Source: a virus (Duplodnaviria; Caudoviricetes). Taken from it: a stretch of DNA of 50,381 bases. Made by a program: the position numbers and the translations under genes. The notes under the pieces were generated by a model that made no database searches, was not told where the DNA came from, and saw only the letters and a list, made by a program, of their open reading frames with translations. The stretch is taken from positions 1 to 50,381 of IMG/VR virus record IMGVR_UViG_3300046382_000018. One strand, 5' to 3'. Numbering within the stretch: position 1 is the first letter of the stretch; every line of letters starts with the position of its first letter. Positions 42,564 through 50,381 of this stretch are shown here, one piece after another.

Positions 42564-42926
42564 ATGTCAAATCCAACTCCCGACTACCCGACCGTTCAGG
42601 AAGCATCTCAGGATGTTGCCCAGGACGTTCCTGGTGTAGTCAAGGACGTAAAGTCCGGGGACTATGTTGCGGTTGCAGGCGATCTGGAGCATGGCTATTC
42701 AACGCTAAGCCCTCTAGTCCCGCACCTTGTGCAGGAGGCTAAGGCTGGCTACAAGACCACCGAGTTCTGGCTGGTAATTGCGTATGAGATTCTTACACAG
42801 AGCGGCGCAATTCACTTGCCTGGTACTTGGGGCAAATTGGTAGCAGGTGTCTCAGGTCTAGTCGCATATGTCCTCTCTCGCGGTATCGCGAAGAGCGGGA
42901 CACCCAACGAAGTTCCAGTTAAATAA
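42564..42926 (+). CDS. Putative holin
   Basis: GYKTTEFW followed by two TM segments; GGAGG before ATG 42564. Confidence 0.65.
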   Translation: MSNPTPDYPTVQEASQDVAQDVPGVVKDVKSGDYVAVAGDLEHGYSTLSPLVPHLVQEAKAGYKTTEFWLVIAYEILTQSGAIHLPGTWGKLVAGVSGLVAYVLSRGIAKSGTPNEVPVK

Positions 42927-42930
42927 CTCA

Positions 42931-42959
42931 GAAAGGCGCCTAAGGGCGCCTTTCTTCTT
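42931..42959 (+). terminator. Intrinsic terminator
   Basis: GAAAGGCGCC-TAAG-GGCGCCTTTC-TTCTT. Confidence 0.7.
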
Positions 42960-42984
42960 AGTGGGGCACGCACACTAATAGGTG

Positions 42985-43620
42985 ATGAGAACGCTTCCCT
43001 TTATGGGCCTAATCATGTGGGATCAGATCCAGGATCCCTACGACCATACCCAGGCTGCTAATAACTTTGCCAAGCTAGACGCCCACGATCACACCCCTGG
43101 TCGCGGTGTTCAGTTAACCACCCAGAGCATCGAAGGGGAAGCCATCACTACGGCGCTCCTCTCTTCCGAATCTATCACGACGGCTAAGCTAGCCAAAGAA
43201 TCCGTAACGGGTGAAAAGATCGGCGCTGGTGGAGTTAAATATGAAGAAGGAATCTTTGCTAGCAGACCGAGCGCTGGTAAAAAAGGTCGTATTTACTATG
43301 CAACAGACACAAAACTGTATTCGGTAGATACGGGAGCCGCATGGAATGAATTGCAGCCCAAGCTGGCTGCTGGTGAAAGCTATAGTTTGCTGAAAACCGT
43401 CTCGAAAGCGGAAGCAGAAACGGGCTTTACGCCAAGCGCTACACGCGCCGCTTTCGTGGAGGTCATGTCTGTTGCAGGCAGTCTGAGCGGCGAAATCACC
43501 GTGAACGGAAAAAGGGTTGCAGCCCCGGCCGGGAAAAGTGGTTGCTCGTTCATCGTGCCGCCAGGTGGCACATGGAAAGGCACGGGCCTGCTGGAAGAAG
43601 TAACGACGCTAATACTTTAG
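42985..43620 (+). CDS. Minor tail/fibre protein
   Basis: HDHT..G motif, ITTAKLA repeats, RP.AG..GRIYYATDT. Confidence 0.65.
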   Translation: MRTLPFMGLIMWDQIQDPYDHTQAANNFAKLDAHDHTPGRGVQLTTQSIEGEAITTALLSSESITTAKLAKESVTGEKIGAGGVKYEEGIFASRPSAGKKGRIYYATDTKLYSVDTGAAWNELQPKLAAGESYSLLKTVSKAEAETGFTPSATRAAFVEVMSVAGSLSGEITVNGKRVAAPAGKSGCSFIVPPGGTWKGTGLLEEVTTLIL

Positions 43621-43623
43621 AAT

Positions 43624-44526
43624 ATGTTTACTTCATCACATATGGGGCTCGTCATCTGGGACGACGCCGAAGATGATTTTGATCATTCCCAGCTAGCTGC
43701 CAATTTCGAGGCTATCGATGCCCACGACCACACATCCGGAAAGGGCAAGCCGATCTCGGCCTCCGCGATTGAATCCGCCTCTATCACAAGCACCCAATTG
43801 GCGGAAGAAGCCGTACAGGCTAAAAACATTCAGAATAACTCTGTCGGGACCGAACAGATTGACCCCGGATTTCTCCCGCTAGGGACCGTCATCCAGTGGT
43901 ATCGCAAAAGTTCAGAAACCCCCATCCCCGGTGACTACGAGGTAATGGATGGTCGGGAATGGAAAACCATTACTAATAAAATGGGCTACAATACGGGAAA
44001 TATTCCCAATATGCGCAACAAGTTTGCCAAGGGGGCCGTAGCGTCAGGTGAAGGGACCACGATTGGGGAAACAGGTGGATCTGCGACAATTAACCTATCC
44101 CACGCCCACGTAGTCGAATCTCACACCCACAGCTTTCCCGCCCACACGCACAGCGTGCCTGCCCACACGCACGGAATTATTCCTGATGGCGAACACGCTC
44201 ACGCCTACTCCGGTAACTTCCCCACGCCGGGGGTTTACAACCTCTTCCAGCACCGAGTAGGCATTCCTAAAGGAACGGCGGAAGGGGAATATACTCAGGC
44301 CCTCAGGCTTGCCAATTCACACAATACGGGCGAACCAGAATTTGAAGTTCCAATGCTTGTTGTTGCCGATCACGCTCACACGGGGAGCACGACTGCGACA
44401 GGCACAACTACGGGCGCGACCTCGGGGACCAGTGGGGGCACGGCTCCCAACACGGACTCCAAACTCAGCAACGTAAATATAGAACCACCTTGGGTGGGGC
44501 TCTTATTTTTGATGAAGTGTAGATAA
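43624..44526 (+). CDS. Tail fibre with collar-like domain
   Basis: PLGTVIQW..IP....MDG..PNMR..F..G; HTH/HAH repeats; PPW...FLMK. Confidence 0.8.
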   Translation: MFTSSHMGLVIWDDAEDDFDHSQLAANFEAIDAHDHTSGKGKPISASAIESASITSTQLAEEAVQAKNIQNNSVGTEQIDPGFLPLGTVIQWYRKSSETPIPGDYEVMDGREWKTITNKMGYNTGNIPNMRNKFAKGAVASGEGTTIGETGGSATINLSHAHVVESHTHSFPAHTHSVPAHTHGIIPDGEHAHAYSGNFPTPGVYNLFQHRVGIPKGTAEGEYTQALRLANSHNTGEPEFEVPMLVVADHAHTGSTTATGTTTGATSGTSGGTAPNTDSKLSNVNIEPPWVGLLFLMKCR

Positions 44527-44676
44527 CAAGCTTACAGAATTCTCGAAAAGTATCGACCAGAAGTCCTGCGCTAGTTTTTGATGAAGTGCCGTTAGTGAAT
44601 AGTTGATGTTGAAGTAGTCCCTTGGGGCTGCGCACCGTATACACATCATCCAACACTACAAAGGTAAACAGATATA

Positions 44677-45630
44677 ATGCCACCCTTTCTCCCCGTAATG
44701 GGACTTAACCGTTCTCAGCAGGTTCGCATAGGAGGACAAAAGGTCACCTACGGCAAGGTCACATATGTGGACCTCGGAGGACTCTCTTCAGTTGTTGCAG
44801 CCCCCACGGCTACAGAAACAGAAGAAAGTGAATCTACTCCAGGTCTAGAAAAAGAAACAGCCTATTACTACGTAATTACGGCTACTGATGCTTTTGGCGG
44901 CGAGACTCCGCCATCTTCTGAGCTTAAATCAGGAGCGGCCCTTAAAGGCTCTAACGCCACTGGTAAACACCACAACGTTAACACCCTAGAATGGACCGCT
45001 GTTCCCAACGCAACCGGGTACAACGTCTATCGTGGTACGGAAGCAGGTAAAGAGAAACTTCTCGCATCTGTAACCACCAACAAATACGAAGACGCTGGTG
45101 CAGCCACAAAAGAAGGAACTCCTCCTTCTACCAACAACACCTATGTTGCTGGTAAAGCTGCCGTCTCGGCAAAGAAGGAGCTTAAAGAACACACCACCTA
45201 TGGTGCGCTCATTCCGGTAGGCCCCATCACGGCATCCAACCTAGATTGGGTTCCGCTAAATGAAGCCGCCGCTTGGGAACTTTCACTTGAATCTGAAAAA
45301 GTGAAAGTTAAAGAAGCTAAAGAACTTCGCCAGCGAAGCACGGGTATCTTCCGCGCCTCTGGTCCAGCCACAGCTTCCATTTCTTCGATCAAATCGACTG
45401 CAAGCAACGAAAAATATGTTGCTGTTGTCTACAACACCATCACCAACGTTGTAGAAGGAATTGTTGGGGAAGATGAAAAGGAAAAAGAAGCCTCTATCAC
45501 CAAGGTACTTGAAAAAGTAACTGGTAATCAGCAGCTTCTCTACTTGCTCAACACCAAGGGAACGACCAAAACAGTCACTAACGCAACAACTCAGGTTCCC
45601 ACCAACCCTCCGGTTATCGCTCGCGTATAG
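44677..45630 (+). CDS. Structural protein with FN3-like domain
   Basis: YYVITA...GET, LEWTAVPNATGYNVYRG, YED.G. Confidence 0.6.
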   Translation: MPPFLPVMGLNRSQQVRIGGQKVTYGKVTYVDLGGLSSVVAAPTATETEESESTPGLEKETAYYYVITATDAFGGETPPSSELKSGAALKGSNATGKHHNVNTLEWTAVPNATGYNVYRGTEAGKEKLLASVTTNKYEDAGAATKEGTPPSTNNTYVAGKAAVSAKKELKEHTTYGALIPVGPITASNLDWVPLNEAAAWELSLESEKVKVKEAKELRQRSTGIFRASGPATASISSIKSTASNEKYVAVVYNTITNVVEGIVGEDEKEKEASITKVLEKVTGNQQLLYLLNTKGTTKTVTNATTQVPTNPPVIARV

Positions 45631-45693
45631 CCACAATCCAGTCAAGGCAACGGGCCACTGTAAAAGGGTGGCCCGTTGCGTCTTAACAGTCAG

Positions 45694-46182
45694 ATGAATG
45701 ATTTTGCCCCCACCTCTCCCACCTTGGAGACCCCAAATACGGTCATCCATACCCAGAAGCAGTTCTCGGATAGTCTCACCCAGGAACTGACGGACGAAGA
45801 GATCAAGCAGGCCCTAGCTCTCCTTGTTCCTCTTAAAACCAAGTGGAGCCAGCGATTCATAAGCAAGCTCACGCACGACGCTTCCTTTAGGCTCGATGAC
45901 GCTCTTGAGATGTTGTCAGAAATGAGCGATGAGTTCACCTATCGCCTCGCCACTGAGCTAAACGTCCTAGCCACCGTGGATACCACTCCGCTCCTAGAGG
46001 GTAAGGGGCCACAGATCGAATGGATTGGCGTAATGCCCGGACATGATCTCAATAAGCATGGCTTCGACCATGAGAAGAAGGCTTGGGAGGCTCGAAAGGC
46101 TAAGGAGCGCGGGGAAGACTTCTTAGGCCAGAAGGAAGAGACCAACACAGGGAAGGCCAAAAAGCGTAATAAAAATGGGTAG
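45694..46182 (+). CDS. Hypothetical protein upstream of terminase
   Basis: ORF coupled to the terminase start. Confidence 0.65.
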   Translation: MNDFAPTSPTLETPNTVIHTQKQFSDSLTQELTDEEIKQALALLVPLKTKWSQRFISKLTHDASFRLDDALEMLSEMSDEFTYRLATELNVLATVDTTPLLEGKGPQIEWIGVMPGHDLNKHGFDHEKKAWEARKAKERGEDFLGQKEETNTGKAKKRNKNG

Positions 46183-48307
46183 CGGGATCAACCTACTTGA
46201 TCAGATCGAAAATACCCTTGCCCCAAAAGAGATCGGCATAATCGAGTTCGCTACCAGTAGCGACTACTGCAACAAGCAGACCCTATTCCCGGCACAGGAA
46301 ACCCTTCTCAAGCTCTACTTCTTGGAGGAGCTTAGCGGCTATGAGGAGGACATCCTCACTTACTGGATCAACGGTGGCCGTAACGGCACCGAGATCACTC
46401 TCTCTCCCAACATCAGAGAGCGCACCGAATGGTTGCGCCAAAGTGGTTATAAACACTTCAGGGAGATAATCCTTCCTGGTGGCCGTCGTAGCTCCAAGGG
46501 TTACACCACCGGCCTAGCTATGGCTAAGATGATGTGGGACACGCTCTCTCTAGGCGATCCCGGAAACTATTACGGTATTGACCCCGAGAAGGAGATCTTC
46601 TTCTCTTGTGTGGCTGGTTCTGAGCAACAGGCCAAGGAGTTCCAGTACGCCGATCTCTCCTCTACCATCGAGACCTGTAAGGCTTTTGATCCCTACATCG
46701 TCAAGTCCCTAGAGACCGAGATTCGTGTGGCTACCGAGGCTGACTTGCGTAAAGCTAATGCTGCACGGAGTACAGGTAACAAGGTACAGAAGGACATCGC
46801 CCGCCTTCGCGGCAAGGCTCTAGCGGCTAACGCCGGTACTCTTCGTGGTTCGGCCACGATGGCTCTATGTGTGGACGAGATGGCGCACATGATCCCCGGT
46901 GAGTCCAAGGCTGCCGCCGATCAGGTATATGCGGCTGCTGAGCCCTCCCTGGAACAGTTCGGACTAGACGGCATCATGTTTCTTAACTCCAGCCCGTACT
47001 CCAAGGTGGGGATGTTCTACGAGCGCTACATGGACGCTCTCATTAACTTCGATCCTACTAGGCCTATGGATACCGTCCTTCACGGAGAGGCGGCCGAAGA
47101 CATGGATAGGGAGGATTTAAACGGCGATCCTCGCATCATGGCCTTCCAGTTCCCATCCTGGGCGCTCTACGAGGGCTATCAGAAATCCCCCAGGCGTAAA
47201 TACATCAAGCATGTTATTGTGGCCTCCCCCGATTGGGATCCCGAGGAGCTTGACGAGAACGGAGAGCCCCTATGGAATGAAACTGATCGCCAGCGCATCA
47301 TGCAGGCCCGCGCTAAGGAGGCTCAGAACCCCGAGACCTATAAGGTTGAGCGTCGAGGGAAGTTCGCTGAGGTCACAGACGCCTTCCTCCTCCCGCACAT
47401 GGTAGATCGCATGTTCCAGGGTGTACCTAATGAAATTGTGTGGAAAGACAATCAGGCCACCTACAAGCTTCAGCCCATTTTCACCAACAGGGGACAGGAT
47501 GCCATCAATCTCTATCAGTACAAGTTCCATCTCGATCCGGCTTCAACCACGGCTGGCTTCGGATTTGCTATCGCTCATACCGAGATGTTCGACACCCCTG
47601 ATGGGCGTCAGGAAATGCACGTCATCTTTGATCTCGTGAAGCGTTGGCAGGCGAAGGAATTCGGAAAAGTAATTGACTGGAAATATGTTCGCCAAGAGGT
47701 CATCGCCTATGCGGAAATCTTCCGACCATTCGAGATCACACTCGATCAGCACCAGTCCGCTGAGCCCATCCAGTTGATGATGGAAGAATGCCAAGCTAAG
47801 GGCATCAACACCCGAGTGTATGAGAAGGTAGCCACCAACGAACTCAACTGGAAGCGTTGGGAAGTGTTCAAGACGGCTCTCTATGGCGGTCTTGTGCATG
47901 CCCCTCTCGACACAGACGATCTAGTGTACGCCTCCAATGAGCTTAAGTTCCTCCAGGAGATCAAAACAGGAGGCAAGTTCCCCCGCGTGGATCGCCAGGA
48001 ACTAGGCCCGGTGCAGACCAAGGATATGGCCGACTGTATCTGCGAGTGTACCTTCTCCTTGATTGGTAATCTAATGGTTAATCGCGCAAGGGAGCGCCTT
48101 GCTAATTCCTCTCTTGTTGGGGGCGCCCCAGGTGGATACGGAATTGGCTTCTCGGGGTTGCCCCAGGGAGGCTCAGGACCCGTAGGGATTTCTGACTTCT
48201 ATTCCCGCCGAGACGAAAAGGAAGCTGAGGCTTATCGCAATCCTGCTCGTGGAGTTCTAGGCCGAGGCCGAGGTGGTAGGCGTGGGGGCAATAAGGCAAG
48301 ATGGTGA
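46175..48307 (+). CDS. terL: Terminase large subunit
   Basis: GGRRSSK Walker A, CVDEMAH Walker B, SSP motif III, HLDPA and KD.AD nuclease motifs. Confidence 0.85.
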   Translation: MGSGINLLDQIENTLAPKEIGIIEFATSSDYCNKQTLFPAQETLLKLYFLEELSGYEEDILTYWINGGRNGTEITLSPNIRERTEWLRQSGYKHFREIILPGGRRSSKGYTTGLAMAKMMWDTLSLGDPGNYYGIDPEKEIFFSCVAGSEQQAKEFQYADLSSTIETCKAFDPYIVKSLETEIRVATEADLRKANAARSTGNKVQKDIARLRGKALAANAGTLRGSATMALCVDEMAHMIPGESKAAADQVYAAAEPSLEQFGLDGIMFLNSSPYSKVGMFYERYMDALINFDPTRPMDTVLHGEAAEDMDREDLNGDPRIMAFQFPSWALYEGYQKSPRRKYIKHVIVASPDWDPEELDENGEPLWNETDRQRIMQARAKEAQNPETYKVERRGKFAEVTDAFLLPHMVDRMFQGVPNEIVWKDNQATYKLQPIFTNRGQDAINLYQYKFHLDPASTTAGFGFAIAHTEMFDTPDGRQEMHVIFDLVKRWQAKEFGKVIDWKYVRQEVIAYAEIFRPFEITLDQHQSAEPIQLMMEECQAKGINTRVYEKVATNELNWKRWEVFKTALYGGLVHAPLDTDDLVYASNELKFLQEIKTGGKFPRVDRQELGPVQTKDMADCICECTFSLIGNLMVNRARERLANSSLVGGAPGGYGIGFSGLPQGGSGPVGISDFYSRRDEKEAEAYRNPARGVLGRGRGGRRGGNKARW

Positions 48308-48385
48308 AAATAAAACCATCGGGTAAAGGGTAATCGAGGATAGAAACCTACTTTCTTTCCAGGTTTAACTAGATCATAAGAGTTG

Positions 48386-49372
48386 ATGGGAAAGCAATAC
48401 CCAACCTACGTAAGGGACAATGGTGAAGTACTGGCCTTCTTCGAGGGGCGAGTAATTGCCCGCAGCCCTAGCTTCGCTAAGACCGAGGAGACGGCTGTTG
48501 ATTATTTGGACAATCTCCAGAAGAAGCGGGATGAGAACACCGAGGAGAAGGTCCGCAAAGCAGCCACTCACGTAACCACCCCTAACGGCCTCAAGGGAGA
48601 GATCCTTAGCCGCGTAGATGGCATCTGGGGAGAAAAGGAGCTAACAGTACGCTTCGAGAATGGCCGCATCGCCAAATTCTCCTCTCATGGTGGCGAGGTC
48701 TACTCCAATGAGCGCTCAGCTAGCACTGCCACTACTCCTATCGCGGCCCTACGCGAGGAGCTAGATGGCTCCTACGACCACAACGTTGAGGGTTTAACAG
48801 AACGTACTAAGGGTCTTTCAAGCATCGTTAGGACGGCCTCCTCGCTGCTTGAAAAGGGCGCCTCATATTCAGATGAAAGCGACCTACACAAAATTGTTCT
48901 TGAGGCCGAGCATGAGAAGGGTGAAGTTGAAAGCGCCCTTGACTATCTAAAGCAAGCTGATGCTGAGGTTATCGATCCCATTAGGCCAGAATTTAAGGCT
49001 GAGCAAGCTGATTTCGGCCATAGCAAGGACAACAACTGGCTGGATCACACGGTTCAAGAGATGATTGATGAGTCCGAGGGGATTAACTTCGATCAAGTCC
49101 TTGAGGAGGAACCACCTCTATTTGCGGCAGAGCTAGAAACAGGTACCTTGGCCGACCAGGGAGCCACCGCAGAAATGGCTCTCTCTCACATCACAGCCAA
49201 GACGGCTGCCTTCCAGGGACCAGAGGTCGAGGCCTACAGGGAGAAATATGTAGGCGCCGTAGAGATGGCACGAAGGGCCGAGCTTGCAGATCGTAAAGAG
49301 GCCATGCACAAGCAGGCGTCGGAGGAGCAGAGTCAAGCCACCGATGCCCCGGATGAGGCATTGTTCTTGTAA
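48386..49372 (+). CDS. Hypothetical late protein
   Basis: Acidic ~328-aa ORF after the terminase. Confidence 0.7.
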   Translation: MGKQYPTYVRDNGEVLAFFEGRVIARSPSFAKTEETAVDYLDNLQKKRDENTEEKVRKAATHVTTPNGLKGEILSRVDGIWGEKELTVRFENGRIAKFSSHGGEVYSNERSASTATTPIAALREELDGSYDHNVEGLTERTKGLSSIVRTASSLLEKGASYSDESDLHKIVLEAEHEKGEVESALDYLKQADAEVIDPIRPEFKAEQADFGHSKDNNWLDHTVQEMIDESEGINFDQVLEEEPPLFAAELETGTLADQGATAEMALSHITAKTAAFQGPEVEAYREKYVGAVEMARRAELADRKEAMHKQASEEQSQATDAPDEALFL

Positions 49373-50381
49373 TGGATTTTGGTGTATTTGAAGTACTTGC
49401 AGCCGACGAAGAGGATGTTCGACTTTCCTCTCGTAAGGCCCTACTCCTAGCTGAGCAGCGCATCTCCAAGTCGCTAGGTTCGTGGCTGGCTAGCCCCAAA
49501 ACGGCTAAGGATTTCGAGGCTGCTTACGAGTACTCGAAGGATCAGTTCGAGACAATCGTCCGTGAGGCCTGCGAAGAGGTAGGCCACGGCAATTCAGAGG
49601 CTATTGCCAATACCCTTAAGGTTCATTATCGTTTGGCTGCTGTTAAGGCGGCTGAACTAGATCCTGGATACGACCAGAGTCCTAATGAAACTCGACAGGA
49701 TGCTGAGCTTGAGGATGATGAGGACGACGATGACGAGGATGACAAGAAAAAGAAGTCATCGTCAGTACACGAGGCACGTCGCCCCCGCATGTGCCCCTAC
49801 CACTCAGAGGTAGTTGACATCGCTCTAGGAAGCGGAGACCCACAGGCTGGATACAACGCCATGGCTCAGCACGCTTGGGGTACTAACCACTGTCAGGGTG
49901 GCGAGTACGCAGGCGGCAAATGCAACTTCAAGCGCGAGATGGTAACCCAGTCCTACTGGGATGACCGACAGAAGAACCTTGATGAGAAACGACAGCTTCG
50001 CCAGGAACAAACTGGTGAAGTTCCTCTACCGACACAGGAGACGCTACCAGAGGACACTATCGATCAGGATCTCTCAGAGCCCACAGGTGAGTCAGATGGA
50101 TTTGACAACGCCGACACCCAGGGTCCAATTGATGTTAATCCCATCTCGGACTCTACGATGGCACTTGCCGCTAGCGTGCAGGACGTAGTGCCCCTCAAGG
50201 AGGAAAGGGATGAAGTCCCGGATCGCGTCTCCGCATCCCCAAAAGGCCAGGAGTACAACCCCTCTAACCAGAGGGACGAGTCGGGAAAGACGGTCCCGTG
50301 TCCACAGTGCGGTGGAGACGGAAAGACTTCAAATAATAAAGAGTGCCCTAAGTGTCAGGGCAAAGGCAACGTTAACGACTG
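49372..50381 (+). CDS. Large hypothetical late protein with CxxCxGxG repeats (3' end outside window)
   Basis: TAATG coupling; MDFGVFEV... open to the window end; CPQCGGDG..CPKCQGKG. Confidence 0.7.
   Translation, partial: MDFGVFEVLAADEEDVRLSSRKALLLAEQRISKSLGSWLASPKTAKDFEAAYEYSKDQFETIVREACEEVGHGNSEAIANTLKVHYRLAAVKAAELDPGYDQSPNETRQDAELEDDEDDDDEDDKKKKSSSVHEARRPRMCPYHSEVVDIALGSGDPQAGYNAMAQHAWGTNHCQGGEYAGGKCNFKREMVTQSYWDDRQKNLDEKRQLRQEQTGEVPLPTQETLPEDTIDQDLSEPTGESDGFDNADTQGPIDVNPISDSTMALAASVQDVVPLKEERDEVPDRVSASPKGQEYNPSNQRDESGKTVPCPQCGGDGKTSNNKECPKCQGKGNVND

Overview
This window is part of a large tailed dsDNA phage genome, probably with an actinobacterial host. It has three blocks. (1) A minus-strand replication/recombination module at 1-17.7 kb: RuvC, a Cas4-like nuclease, RecA, DnaE, RNase H, HNH, SSB, primase, DnaB-like and DnaC-like proteins, and an AAA ATPase. 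It ends at an inverted-repeat divergence point, followed by a class II ribonucleotide reductase on the plus strand. (2) A ~21 kb plus-strand RNA island at 19.7-40.8 kb. It holds about 41 tRNA genes, a tmRNA with an unusually long 38-aa tag, and an apparent phage-encoded RNase P RNA. It also carries a Ro60/TROVE gene preceded by four Y-RNA-like units, one of them a tRNA-shaped RNA with the shared module grafted into its D-loop. Other genes are Pth2, a cyclic-phosphate receiver-domain protein, the NAMPT+NMNAT NAD salvage pair, and a PD-(D/E)XK endonuclease inserted at a tRNA-Val locus. More than a dozen unexplained structured spacer RNAs lie between the tRNAs (kissing loops, pseudoknots, CCA-ended minihelices, one raiA-like element). 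(3) The start of the late region: lysins, holins, tail fibres and the large terminase. All RNA folds and family assignments were made by eye and from recalled consensus features; no searches were run.
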